A stretch of 64,000 nt of DNA from NCBI RefSeq assembly GCF_006345805.1, contig NC_043007.1, positions 43,896,001 to 43,960,000 on the forward strand, given 5' to 3'. This stretch comes from Octopus sinensis (taxonomy: Eukaryota). Positions 27,189-40,046 of the stretch are shown here, one piece after another. Position 1 is the stretch's first letter. Each line of letters starts with the position of its first letter. The notes beneath the pieces are model-generated. The model had not been told where the DNA came from and did no database searches. It saw only the letters and a list, made by a program, of their open reading frames with translations. A program made the position numbers and the translations under genes.

Positions 27189-27192
<4 letters not shown>
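25632..27192 (+). mobile_element. Rearranged mariner element with TA-flanked TIRs
   Basis: Left TIR TA-CGTGGTCTGATCAATAAATATATGGACTGTTGCCATAGTAAC and a matching right TIR at ~27145-27192. N-terminal EQRICIKFCQKLG (25787..25972). An inverted transposase piece at ~25980-26210 matches 15360-15545. Confidence 0.8.
26236..26930. mobile_element. MITE-like insert with imperfect terminal inverted repeats inside the mariner
   Basis: CTCGCGAATTTT..CGAGAGTTTCGGCCCCCAGT (left) versus ACTGGGGTCCGGAACTCTCGTGGAAAA..TTTCGCGTGAG (right). Confidence 0.5.
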
Positions 27193-27225
<33 letters not shown>

Positions 27226-27439
27226 TACTCCAATACATCTTGTAAGCTATTTGTGGACATTATCCGAAATATATGTTCGCTCCACACACCATTACGGTCC
27301 ATGAGCAAAATTAAACACAGGCTCCATATTGCCAGCTGCAACACTCGCACTTGACAAATATAACTTTACTGGAATCAAAGAAACATTACCTTCAAAACTG
27401 CATTAAGACTATCATCGATAGTCAAATAACATCAGAAGA

Positions 27440-29270
27440 AAAGTGAGCCATTGAGAAAATAAAATCAATCACAAAGTGTTCTTCTCATTTTCGAAAAGCA
27501 TAAGGTCGCTGTTTCTCTGTTGGACCCCTGATGTATGAGGATGGCACTCTGTACAGTGGTGCCGAAGACATGGTTGAGATTCTGCGAAAGCAGTACTACT
27601 TCACTTTCAGCAATCCAAGCATGGTTAATCCTGACGGCATAGGTGAAATAAATCCCCAGCACACCATATCCGCTATATCACTTGGCGCCCTGGATATCAT
27701 AGCAGCTATTAACAAAATTACAAACTCAGCTGCAAGCCCCGACAGGTTTACCACTAGAGTCCTGAAGGGGTGCCGTCATCAACTAGCACTCGCTTTTGCT
27801 ATTCTCTGGAGATAGTCATTGGACGTTGGCTATATTCCCGATAATTTCCTATCCCAGTCGATTGTCCCAGTTTTCAAGAAGGACAACAAATCGCTGGCAG
27901 TGAATTGTCGACCGGTCTCACTTGCCTCTCGCATCGTCAAATTATTTGAGAGGGTTGTGAGATATCGTGTAACTCACGACCTGTAAAGTAACAGCCTACT
28001 GATTCCCAAACAACATATCTCCTGAAATGGTAGTTACTGCCTAATACATCTCCTGCATCACTTTGATGATATTCTAAAGGCTCTAGGAGGAGGTTCCAAT
28101 GCAGATATTACCAATCTGGACTTCAGCAAGCCCTTCACAAAGTTTACCACAACATCCTATTAAAGAAAATATCGAACGTTGAAGTCCGAGGAAAAATTTT
28201 AAGTGAACTGAATGTTTTCTAGTGAACAGAACCCAGTATGTTATGATAGTATTCGATCGAGCTCGGGAAGTGTCATCAGTGGAGTCCCACAGGGCACAGT
28301 ATTAGGAGCACTTTTTTTCATTATTTACATCAATGACATCACAGACATCATAAGACACAGCAGTATAAGATTTTCGCAGACGACTCTAAGCTTCTGAAGA
28401 TCGTTAACAAAACCGGAGACCGAACAGATCTCCAATCGGATCTGGTCGCTGGGTGGAAAAATACAATATGCACTAAACGAAAACAAATTTGAATTCATTC
28501 CCTTTGCGCAAAGATGCTGCACTTAAGCTACCATATGGCATCAAACACTGTTAGGAACCTTGGAGTAACTGTCGACAACAACTCAAGCTGGAGTGCCCAC
28601 ATAAACAACGAAGTCGACATGACAAGTAGAGCGGGCTCGTAGATCCTCAGGGCTTTTTTTGGTTTAGAGACGCTCCTACCATTAACCTTGTGTTCTCCAC
28701 CTTTGCCCGTGCTCACGCTGAATACTGTTGTCAAATGTGGTCTCCCTGCACGAAACAAAATATATAAACTGAAGTACCCCATAGATCGATCACAAAGAAA
28801 ATAGATGAAATGACAGGTCTTGATTATTAGGATCGTCTCGAAAAACTTAAACCTTATTACCGCCAACACTGCCATGAGTGCTATACCATTTGTATAATGT
28901 GAAAAAATATTCTGGCCGCATTACCCAAATGATGTTGGCTTCAACTTTAAAATTCATCCAAGACTTGATCCCAGTGCCATTCGTCTTCTACTAAAATCAT
29001 GCTCGCGTCATATTACAACACTAAGACAGAACTATTTCACTTCAACTGGGCCTACTTTCTTTAACATCATACCAAGATACGTAAGAGAAGAAAAAAGATA
29101 ACATTCAAGCGGTTCTTGCACGAATATCTCCAACAAATTCCAGATAAACCACCTACACATGCTTTATCTCTGCAAACTGTAACTCTTTACTCGAATGGGT
29201 TATGATGTCCAAAGAATGACTGTAATATGAAACATAAAATGTTTTTTCCAAGTGGTGCTATTAAGTTGGG
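27440..29270 (+). pseudogene. Degraded CR1/L2 (Jockey-group) LINE ORF2 3' half
   Basis: SAASPDRF (GPD motif), SGVPQGTVLGALFFIIYINDI, RNLGV..D.NLSW.AHIN and AEYCCQMWSP-like motifs, with many stops and frameshifts. Confidence 0.8.
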
Positions 29271-29771
29271 TATGGCTTGGGCCAATTCTGACCGAAACGA
29301 GAGAGAGAGAGAGAGATGTGATAAGAATATCCTTTAGTGAAACGAGTTTTGCATACATTTCGTCAGTTGAGTCCGTAACAACATAAGACTATATTTCGCT
29401 TACGAGTCATAATAACACAGAAACATATCCTATATTATCACACGTACTTAACGAATAAAAATTAAAGTTATAATTAATTATTGACAAACACAGTTCTTCC
29501 CTCTCACTAGAATTGTTTCTTGCGGACTTTTTAATAGTTGCATTAAATATATAAATAATAATTCACCTTATGTAACCACAATTTGCTTCTCTCTGGCTTC
29601 TTTCTTTCTCACCCCACTTCAATATAATGTGGGAATTTACATACTATAAAATAAGTTCTTTTCTCCTTAAAGCTATGTATTTTTAGATATCAGCAAATTT
29701 GATCAAAAATAAAACGTTTCCTTTTCCTTTTGGATTTTCTCTTGATTTATTTTTGATTTGAAATGAACAAA

Positions 29772-30136
29772 AGGCGCAGGAGTGGTTGTGTGGTAAGTAG
29801 CTTGCTTACCAACCACGTGGTTCTGGGTTCATTCCCACTGCGTGGCACCTTGTGCAAGTGTCTTCAGCTATAGCCTCGGGCCGACCAAAGCCTTGTGAGT
29901 GAATTTGGCAGGCGGAAACTGAAAGAAGCCCGTCGTATATATATATATTTGTTTATGGTGGTGTGTTTATGTCCCCGTAACTTAGCGGTTCGGCAAAAGA
30001 GACCGATAGAATAAGTACTAGGCTTACAAAGAATAAGTCCTGGGGTCGATTTGCTCGACTAAAGGCGGTGCTCCAGCATGGCCGCAGCCAAATGACTGAA
30101 ACAAGTAAAAGAGTAAAAAAGAGTAAAAGAGTAAAA
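29772..30136 (+). mobile_element. Intact tRNA-derived SINE family B (shows the empty target site AAGTAGCTTGCTTAC at 29795-29809)
   Basis: A-box-like TGGTTGTGTGGT, B-box GGTTCATTCCC, central (TA)n and AGAGTAAAA-repeat tail. Confidence 0.9.
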
Positions 30137-30739
30137 GGAACCAGTTCCAAAAGATTATGCACAACGCTGATATTTTCAATTTTATTTTGTTTCTCAAGAG
30201 ACGCTATCTCAGTTATATTATTTTAACTTAATCGTAATTGCTTCAATAAGTAAATGTTGTTTATGTCTTTTAAAAAAGAACTGGCGATTATGAAAACTGC
30301 TTTTACAAGGAAATTTTCTTAACTGTATCATTAAAAGTTTTTAATGACCCAAATCATCCAAGTTCTCATATATTATGATGTAAAAGCCAGATGGTTTTCT
30401 ATTGTTGTTGTTCAATGTGATTATTGTGTTCAATAAGCAACATTCAGTGAATTTACTATAGTTTATAACATGAAATTATCTTTATACAATCTTACCTCTA
30501 AGTTCTTCATAAGTATCTTTTCAAATAGTGTAACTTCGAATGCCAGATATTAAGTAGGATATTTCGGTTTTCGTATAATTTACTGTTACAAACTTTACCG
30601 ATTATCCTTTGTCCAATGTGGGAAAAAATGAATCTCTCTCCAAGAAATCCAAACTCATCTCCCTAAAAGTTTATTTCCATTCATTGACACGTGCCACCAT
30701 CTTTTTTATGAGACTATATGTTGAATTTGGTATTGGTTT

Positions 30740-30900
30740 CAAATTTTGGCACAAGGCCAGCAGTTTCAGAGGAGGGAGCAAGTCGATTAAATCGACACCA
30801 GTGATCAATTGGTACTTATTTGGACTCTGAACGTAAGGATGGACGAAAAGCTGCTAAGCAATTTTTCCTGGAATGCTAACAATTCAGCCAACTTACCACC
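30740..30900 (-). mobile_element. Degenerate SINE family A fragment
   Basis: Reverse-complement similarity to family A (TTTGGCACAAGGCC..AAATT, CTCTGAACGTAA..GACGAAA). Confidence 0.5.
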
Positions 30901-31380
30901 TTAAATGTTGAATTTATATTAACGCTGAGTTGTTAGATGTAATCATATTTTCTAAAAGAGAGCCAAATTATATTGAGTCACCAGCTAATAATATCTATGA
31001 AATGAATCTTCAGCACCTTGATGTAATCTAAACGAATCAGTAGAGTGCAGACGAAATATCCTGATATTTAGTCACGTCCTTTTACGTCTCAAGTTCAATG
31101 CCCGCTAATGTTGGGCAGTAATTTTGATCTCGAAAGAACATGGTTCTGAAGCAGCCTTCTTAACCAGACGATTAACCTTGTAACCTACTTAACCAGATGA
31201 TTAACATGAGAAATCTCGGTTTCTCTTGTAACAATGTCTCCGTCGTCTATGAAATGAACAATTTCCATCGGTCCAATTATATTTATGAATTCTGTATTTT
31301 ATTGCTTACTTGTGTAGTCTTTGTGTTCTATAATTGTATTATCAAATACGTAGAAACAAATAATTCGATTAGACGAGCCA

Positions 31381-31425
<45 letters not shown>

Positions 31426-31465
31426 TGATGATGATGAAATGATGATGATGATGATGATGATAATG

Positions 31466-31506
<41 letters not shown>

Positions 31507-32246
31507 CGAAAGTCTTTTGGCGACATTTGCAGAGGACAATTTTCAATTAGTAATTAAGTGTGAAACAGTGATTCGAAGAAGATATAACAACCACTCAAAG
31601 GTCGGTAACCAATCGTTAGCTTTTTCAATTTCTTCCGTGTGTTCTTCACTTACTTTATTTTTCTCATTTATGTGTTCTTCACGTCTGCTTTCACATCAAC
31701 TTTAAATTACAAAGAATGTATTCTAGATTAGATTAACTATCGGGAGTTCTATTTATAGAAATACATATTTGCGTGGCAGTTAAATAATTAACAGTACTTG
31801 TTAATAAATCTTTTAAACATAAAGCCATATGGTTTTATTGCAGTTGTTTAGCACCACGTTGGTCCTGATCGACCAGATGTACAATGAAAGCTATTCCAGT
31901 TGTGACCGTCTCGACTTTATTATATATTTGAAAGCATAGTATACTCAAAACTCACTTATCCTATATATCCTTAAGTGGAAGGTGGGTTGAGTATGATTTG
32001 GCTGTTATTTCATGCAGGTCGAGATTATAACTTCATTTGTTGCTGTTGTTGTTTAGTCCAGGTAATCCCTGACAAAATAGATCTATGTTCAAAAGCGTTT
32101 CGGCCGTGACCATACTCGTCATGTTTACATTGTCCCTTGTGCTTACCCACTCTCTCGAAGGATGTGATTTCAGGGAGTTTTGACTGTTCAGGTTACCGTG
32201 TAGAGGTTCTCTTTCATTTGTTCGAGGAATCTATATTTTTACGAAA

Positions 32247-32478
32247 AGGCGGCGAGCTGGCAGACACGTTAGCGCGCCGGGCGAAATGCTTAGCGGTATT
32301 TCGTCTATCGTTACGTTCTGAGTTCAAATTCCGCCGAGGTCAACTTTGCCTTTCATCCTTTCGGGGTCGATAAATAAAGTACCAGTTTAGCACCGGGGTC
32401 GATATAATCGACTCAATTCCTTCGTCTGTCCTTGTTTGTCCCCTCTATGTTTAGCCCCTTCTGGGCAGTAAAGAAATA
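32247..32478 (+). mobile_element. SINE family A with 15-bp target-site duplication
   Basis: TATATTTTTACGAAA at 32232-32246 and 32479-32493 flanks a near-consensus copy. Confidence 0.92.
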
Positions 32479-33199
32479 TATATTTTTACGAAAGTAGTTA
32501 CATTCAAGATGTTACCTATGAATGTAAGTGGTTGCTGACAAGAATATGAAAACTGTTTCAAGCGGGAATCGAAACAGCAACGCAATGAAGTAAACGATTT
32601 TACTCGTCGACGCTCACCCCACCACCACCACCACAACCAACAATGACAGAAAATTGCACCAACAGGAAATACAATGTCAACATGTTACAAATGACTTTGC
32701 CTTTTACTTACTGATACTTAATTAAGTTATTTTCTCATTCTTAAATGAATAATTCAATGAAGGTAAACAGCACAGTTAAATAATATTGGTTAAAAATCTT
32801 GCTTTAAAATAATCTTATTTTTGTTTATACGTTTGTTTGTTCTCTAACCTCTGAAAAATGGTAAACAAAGATCCACCTGAGGCATATTTCATTTCTGTAA
32901 AATAATATTAATTTGTTGTTGTTGAAGTTGTTTCATACAGTTTCGTTTTAGTAAATTCTTTGACTTTGAGAAGTGGGTTTTTTTTCTTTTGTAAATTTGG
33001 TTAATTTTTATTTACTTTCGTTTTATCAAGAAAATTCTAATTAAAGGAAATTAAGTTCTGATTTGTTAGCAAAAATGCTTCATAGGTTGTGAAATAAATG
33101 TATTAATTTTTTTTTTCTTTTAGATTTTATTTTTAGCTCGAAAAGAGATGTTTGTGAGATTATGAGTTTTGACAAACTATAACACCGAAAATTAAAACT

Positions 33200-33415
33200 T
33201 ATTATTATTATTAATATTATTATTATCATTATTTTTATTATCATTATCATCATCATTATTATTATTATCATTATTTTTATTATCATTATCATCATCATTA
33301 TTATTATTATCATTATTTTTATTATCATTATCATCATCATTATTATTATTATCATTAATTTTATTATCATTATCATCATTATTATTATTATCATTATCAT
33401 TATTATTATTATTAT
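33200..33415. repeat. (ATT)/(ATC) microsatellite with ~45-bp higher-order period
   Basis: A 15-aa periodicity is visible in ORF 33080..33400. Confidence 0.85.
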
Positions 33416-33690
33416 TTCTCTTTATCACAGGTTTTCTTGGAGCTCCTGGAGTCTAGCATGCGTCGTGGGCTTACTACCTGCAGCCTACGGTACCATGCTA
33501 TTCGTTCTTTTCGGCTATCTAATACTTTCCTGATTATTCTGGCCGTGCCAAAGAGGCAAACCTTTTGTAAAAGTTCGACTGGGCACTCTATTCCAATTTC
33601 CTTTATATCTCTCTTGATGCCTTCTGATACTATTCCCAAGGACCCAACAATAATTAGCTTCTTCATTTTCTGTACTTAAGAGGGCTGTAT
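33416..33690 (-). mobile_element. Dong/R4-type RLE LINE 3' end abutting (TAA)n
   Basis: LIIVGSLGIV...LLQKVCLFGTARIIRKVL matches the C-terminal motif of R4/Dong ORFs and the element at 49192-50093. Confidence 0.75.
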
Positions 33691-34110
33691 TTATCTATCA
33701 ATCTTTTCGTCTTCCTTCTTGACTATTGGTGGGTCAAAGGGGCATACAGCGTCAACTATATCGCATATGTTGTGCACCTTGTCCACCACCACTAGGTCCG
33801 GTCTCGAAGAATCCTATCTCATTCCATTTTATTTTCATTCGTTGTCGGAATCGCCTTCTGCTGGGTTCACTCCTGATCCAGCATTCAATTGCCGTTCGGT
33901 TTGCCTCCTTATCCTACCTTCTTCTCTGCCTCTGGCTTTGTTTACAAGCAGTCTCTAGATGACGACCGGGCCTGCGCTGCTCAACCACAAAGCACCTGCC
34001 GAGCGAAAGGTTTTCACCTTTGGTTCCAACCTCATTAACACCATTATTTGATACATTTTTATTAGACATTTTCACCCAAAATTGAGGTATGAGTTTAAGG
34101 ACATTATTAT

Positions 34111-34163
<53 letters not shown>

Positions 34164-34251
34164 ATATCAAGGCGGTGTGCTGGCAGAATTGTTAGCGCGC
34201 TGGACGAAATGCTCAGCGGTATTTTGCCCCTCGCTAAGTCCTGAGCCCAAT

Positions 34252-34727
34252 ATACCCATCATGACTACCTGTCTGATAAGGATACATCAGGCACATACAT
34301 CACAACCATTTGTGCTCGACATAGTGATCTCATATCAAGATAAACAGCGCATGACCTTGCAGGTGGGACCCGGTTAAAATTTTATTCAGGTCGAGTAGCC
34401 CATCCCGCTCAAAAGGTCCCAGAATAAGGAATGTTGAACAAAACACCCATGTTTCCATGGGTGACTTATTCAAACCCCAAAGAATTCCTCTCTAGAATTG
34501 GTTATGATGGTCTCCCACTACCTCTGCTCGTGATCAAAGATACACATATCTTCAGCCACCAAGGGACATTCTCAACTGGTTGCGGTCAAACAACTGACGA
34601 GTAAATCTGTGGTACAGAGCAGAATATTGCTGTAATCCGTCTTTTATACCAATACAAAACATGTACATGATAACACTTCCAATCAGTTGGGATCAGAAGC
34701 AATGAGAGCCACTGCATCAGGGCATTT
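34252..34727. repeat. Dispersed ~480-bp repeat, copy 1
   Basis: Colinear similarity with 36277-36768 (CCATCATGACTACC..TCTGATAAG..GGTCGAGTAGCCCATCC..GAGAGCCACTGC). Confidence 0.8.
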
Positions 34728-34760
34728 ATTATCATCATCATCATTATTATTATTATTATT

Positions 34761-34970
34761 AGGCGGCGAGCTGGCAGAATCGTTAGTACGCTGGGCGAAA
34801 CGCTTAGCAGTATTTCGCCCGTCGCTACGTTCTGAGTTCAAATTCCGCTGAGCTCGACTTTCATCCTTTCGGGCTCGATAAATTAAGTACCAGTCTCGAT
34901 TACTGGGATCGATGTGATCGACTTACACCCTCCTTCAAAATTTTAAGCTTTGTGCCTACAGAAATAAGGA
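34761..34970 (+). mobile_element. SINE family A
   Basis: GGCGGCGAGCTGGCAGAATCGTTAG head and TTCAAATTCCGC B-box-like motif. Confidence 0.85.
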
Positions 34971-35469
34971 TTATTATTATTATTATTATTATTTACTACG
35001 GAATAGTTCGGACGTATTTCTGATTACGTTTTGTAAGTCTCCCTTAAAACCATTGTTTACACCACCCGTTTTGTGTGTTTATATGTATAAATACTGTTGC
35101 ATTTTCATTCAAAATGCAGAAAAAATTTTTGATTAGTGTTTTGTGGTTACTTTTTGTCCGTTAAGGGAAAAATTTTGGATCTTTTCTAAAAGATGGACAG
35201 AATTTTCTACTTAACTAAATAATTTGAAACTTCGTATACTGGTAGAATGTGTCAAAAGAAAACATTAATTTCAATTAGTTTTTTTGAGAAAAATGTATTT
35301 TGTAACTTTTACGTAGTTTAATTCTTCGAATTTTAACCAATCGTATTCTCTGTTTTGAGCTCATTTCATTTCCTGCTGTGTTATTCATCCTTATCACTGT
35401 CTTCTGTCTTCAAAGGCTTCTCCCATGTTTATTTCAATGTCATCCCTGACTTACGGAACGATTACATGT

Positions 35470-35960
35470 GAAGGGCTATTAAAGCAGAGGCGTTGGGGTT
35501 AGGGTTAGCAATAGAGAAGTCATGAGTAAAGTGAGATATAGTCAGGAAGCTAGAAGAGGCACTTAGAAAAGGTATAGCAATCGACGTTCTGGCGACGAAA
35601 TTGACTCTCGATCGATTCTTCAATGCCAAGCAAAGAGGTTGCATTGTCAGAGCTAAGACGCGTGCTCTAAAACAGTAGTGAAGGAGAGATGTTCGATGAG
35701 CCAGAATGGCAGAGCCGCAACGTGGCAACAATTCGGTCTTCGACGGGTGGGTACGGGCTCTTGCAAATGGAATCCGAAGAGATGTGTGCAGAATTTCAGC
35801 GACACTTCGCTAAACCGTGCGCGGCGCGCGGTGGGTCGGAGACAGTGGTGACTTTCACCTCCTACGTCGACGGCTTGTCGCAGCTTTTGGTCAGGAATGA
35901 TCAGCCAAAAACATACGTGACACGATAACTAACTACGCAAGGGAAAATCTCCGGGGTTGG
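35470..35960 (+). pseudogene. Degraded Tx1-like ORF2 internal fragment
   Basis: LTLDRFFNAKQRGCIVRAKTRAL and EMCAEFQRHFAK align with LALDQHLNAKHEGCVVRARMRAL and RMCGVFQQHFTQ of the LINE at 20.9-24.3 kb. Confidence 0.75.
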
Positions 35961-35983
35961 ATTGTTTACCCTTCAAGTTTTAT

Positions 35984-36190
35984 CTTCAGCTAGCAGAATC
36001 ATTAGCACGCCGGGGAAAATGCTTAGCAGCATTTTGTCCGTCTTTACATTTTAAGTTCAAATTCCACCTAGGTCGACTTTGCTTCCATCCTTTCGGGGTC
36101 GATAAAATAAGCACCAGCACAGTATTGGGGGTCAATGTAATCGACTATCCCACTCCCCCAAATTTCAGGTCTTGTGCCTATAGTAGAAAG
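35984..36190 (+). mobile_element. SINE family A
   Basis: AGCTAGCAGAATCATTAGCACGCCGGG head and CCTTTCGGGGTCGATAAAATAA body. Confidence 0.8.
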
Positions 36191-36276
36191 GATTATTATT
36201 ATTATTGTTGTTATTATTATTGAGTAAGAGCGTAATGCATGCAATCAAAATGATACTGGGGAAACTACGAAGCTCA

Positions 36277-36768
36277 GTACATCCATCATGACTACCCGTC
36301 TGATAAGGATACATCAGGCACATGAATCACAACCATATGTACGTAACATGGTGATCTCATATCAAGATAAACAGCGTATGACCTTGCAAGTGGAGCCAAG
36401 TTAGAACTTTCTTCAGGTCGAGTAGCCCATCCTTCTCAAAAGGTCGCTGAATAAAGTTTGTTTAAGGATGATGGACGAAACACCCATGTTTCCAGGGATA
36501 AATTATTGAAACCCCAAAGAAATCCTCTCTACGCATGGCTATGATGCTCCCCCCACTACTACTTCTCGCGACCAAAGATGCACATGTTGTCAACCGCAAT
36601 GGGACATGCTCAACTGGTTATGGTCAAGCAACTGACAAGCAAATCTGTGACAATGAGCAGAATATTTGCTGTAGCCCATCTTTTAAACCAAGACAAAATA
36701 TGTACACGATAACACTAAGAATCAGTTAAAATCAGAAGCCATGAGAGCCACTGCCTGGTACTGCATCG
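36277..36768. repeat. Dispersed ~480-bp repeat, copy 2
   Basis: Colinear with 34252-34727. Confidence 0.8.
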
Positions 36769-38249
36769 GAACTGTCGAAGTGAGGAGACATGTCTTTTGC
36801 GAACTTCGAATTAAATGGGGGTTTTTTTCAATGAAATACCATATGAAAATTTTTTCCATGGAATATTTGCAAGTAAAAGATTATTAACGGCGTCTTCCCC
36901 TGATGCATCTTCCCCAGATGCCTAGTAACCGATTAAATAGATTGTTCATGCAGATATTCTTTCATGTTTTGACATTTTCACTTCAAAATGGCCATCAGAT
37001 AAAGAAGAAGAGTGAATTTAATACAAAATGAATTCCACACATCAATGCTCACAAAAACACAAGCAAAAAAAAAAGAAAAAGAAACAAATTGCACGGTCGA
37101 TTAAACTTAGAACATACAGAAAAAAAGAATCTTCAACAGGAAATGAAATTGTTTAAACAGCTTTAATAATACATGAAACGATAACAACAGCAATAATTAC
37201 AATAACACTTGACTATAGACAAATATGATAGTAAGCGACGGTGAAAAAGACGTTGAAAATGATAGTAAAAAATATGTTGAATATAGCAGCAATGAGATTG
37301 ATGTAGGGCGGCGAGCTGGCAGAATCAACGATTCTGCACGCCGGGCATTAGCGGCATTCGGTACAAGATCGACTTGTACAAAAATTGCTTGCCTTGTGCC
37401 AAAATTTCAAACTAATATTAATGACATTGATTGTGCAGGAAAGATGTCCCTGTCAGCTCCAGGAATCGCAGAGACAACCAAGATTAGCAACCTGACACCC
37501 AATCCCCCGACTATATCGACTGTTTATTCCTTCTCATAGATTTGAGTCAAAGAGAGACAGATTGAAGTTAAAACGTCTTTGGTATAATGAGAATTTTTAC
37601 CGAAGGCACCCGGAGGATGTCAGCTTTCTCACACCCACTCTGACACCAGGAGTTTTCATGGACAAAATGTGTGGCATTTATCCTGACTCTTTATGTCAAC
37701 TTTGCCTTTTATATTCTCAAGGTCGGAAAAGTATAGTACCGGGCAAGACTAACCGCCACCCACCCTCCCTCAAAACTACAGACCTAGTAAAACAGAATCG
37801 TTTGAGGGTCTGAAAAAAAAAAAAGACATTGCACTATTTGTTCCGGTTTTATACATTCTAAGTTCAAATGCTGCCGAGGTCAACTTTGCCTGGCAACGGT
37901 CTGGGATCGATGAAATAAAGTACTGATCAAGTATCGGCTAGTCCTTTCCTCGCAAAATAATTCTTGGCCTTGTGCTAGATAAAGTTGTAATTATTGTTGT
38001 TATATTTATATAACAACTTGTCATTGTCTGACAAACACGCCTCCAAGAATTTTGAACAAGTCCTCGAATATTTCGTTAACGCGAAGATGAATTGATAAAA
38101 CAGATTTGACAAGCAGAAAGATGACATTTAAACAAATACAGATTCTTGCACTACACAGTAAAAAAAAAAGAAGAAAAGAAGATTCATAATTGATGTCATC
38201 GACATATAATGCAAATACTTTGCCACGATTGTCTGCCACAAAGTTATTC

Positions 38250-38790
38250 AAGCTTTGAGCCAAAACTCAGAATAACAAAAGAATATGGGATAGGTATGCA
38301 ATAAAATCTGTTTCCTTGCTCGTATTGAAGAAAAAGCAAGGAGAAAAGTGACATGTTCTTGTTTTTCAAAATGCGGAGGAGCTTCCTGTATTCCCTCGAA
38401 AGAGCAGTTATAAGAAGCCGTGGCAGGTATCTGGAATATTATGGTTTCCATCGATTATGAAAAAACATATGGGACAATATAATTGGTCTTTAAGACAACA
38501 CAGTGCAAATCACATGCCGAATCGATGCTCCACAGACTTGCCAACTGTCTCGTGCTGCTACACAAGGCGGGGTGGGCACAGACAGAAACAATGACGGTGA
38601 TTATGACCTTTTGAGTCGTCCTCACTTTTGTATTACAGTACAAGAATACCAAAAATGACTGTTTACATTTGGTCCATTTAGGTATGTTGATCATGATGGT
38701 CCTGAAGGTCACAGTAACCATTCCGAAGTTGTCCCCATCGTTGATGTTGAAAGCAAAGCGATCTCAACAGGGCAGATATCTCAACTGTTA
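38250..38790 (+). pseudogene. Highly degraded RTE-like reverse transcriptase fragment
   Basis: Manual translation FSKCGGASC..KEQL*E..MVSIDYEKTYGTI resembles the FRxGRxCxDQIF..FIDYEKAFDSV region of RT. Confidence 0.45.
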
Positions 38791-39187
38791 CATATGGAAC
38801 TGTAATAGTTATTTGAGGGATGGATTTCTACCCTGAAGAGCTGGAAAGCAGAGTAAGAGGGAGAGGGGGGAGAAAGAAATGATAGAGAGAGAGAGAGAGG
38901 AGAGAGAGAGAAAATTAAATGTCAGTAATATCAGGAAGCCTGTCTCAGCTGCTACTATGGCCGAAATACTCGCCCCGTCCTCGATGCCAGCAAATAACAA
39001 CTAGGATGCAAATGCCCCCTTGCACTTCCACTAGAATCATGCCATCGTTTTGCGATCCAGTGAGGGCAATGAAAGTTCACACATTAACACGCTTCACTCG
39101 TTTACTTACACACATGCTCTACTTTTTTCTCTACATATGTGTATGCATGTATGTAGTAGGACTGACCTGAGTTTCAACAAAAGCATT

Positions 39188-39220
<33 letters not shown>

Positions 39221-39650
39221 TACGTGCGTGCGTGCGTGCGTGCGTACATACATACATACATACATACATACATACATGTCAGGACTGACCTGGGCTCAAG
39301 TAAGAACAACTACTACATATATGTATGTACAGCATATGTGTTGATTTCGTGATTGTGGACGTGGGGCTAAACAAAAACAAAATATAGTTTATCTATAAAG
39401 GAAGAATTAAAAGCAAAACCAACATTCAACTACTACCTTTATTTTAACTGACGAAAGAATTAAACGACAGAGTTTGAACTCAGAACGCCAAGGCATGCAG
39501 CTACAAACCCCAAGGCTCTTTGCAGTCATTATACCACTTCTACTAATCTAATAGTAACAACATACAGGGTGTGACAGCTGAAACTCCCATATTTTGCACG
39601 GTCAATGGTGTTAATAAAGTTAGACAGTTCATTAAAAAGATTTTTTTTTT

Positions 39651-39870
39651 TTTTACTTGTTTCAGTCATTTGACTTATGGACACGCTGGAGTACTGCCTT
39701 TAGTCGAGCAAATCTACCTCACAGCTTATTCTTTGTAAGCCTAGTACTTAATTTATCGGTCTCTTTTGCCGAACCGCTAAGTTACGGGGACGTAAACACA
39801 CCAGCATCGGTTGTCAAGCGATGCTGGGGGGACAAACACAGACACACAAAAATAGACACACACACACACA

Positions 39871-39906
<36 letters not shown>

Positions 39907-40046
39907 GACTGGCTTCTTTCAGTTTCCGTCAACCAAATCCACTCACAAGGCTTTGGTCAGCCTTTGGCTATAGTAGAAGATACTTGCCCAAAGTGCCACG
40001 CAGTGGCATTGAGCTCGGAACCATGTGGTTCGTAAGCAAGCTACTT
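39651..40046 (-). mobile_element. SINE family B, 3' portion (split by the ORF1-element array)
   Basis: Matches 29772-30136 in reverse up to GTAAGCAAGCTACTT (40032-40046). The missing first ~22 nt are at 48526-48547. Confidence 0.9.

Noticed and set aside
29772-29850. tRNA gene
   Set aside because: A/B boxes are present, but there is no complete cloverleaf and it continues into a SINE body and tail found in several copies.
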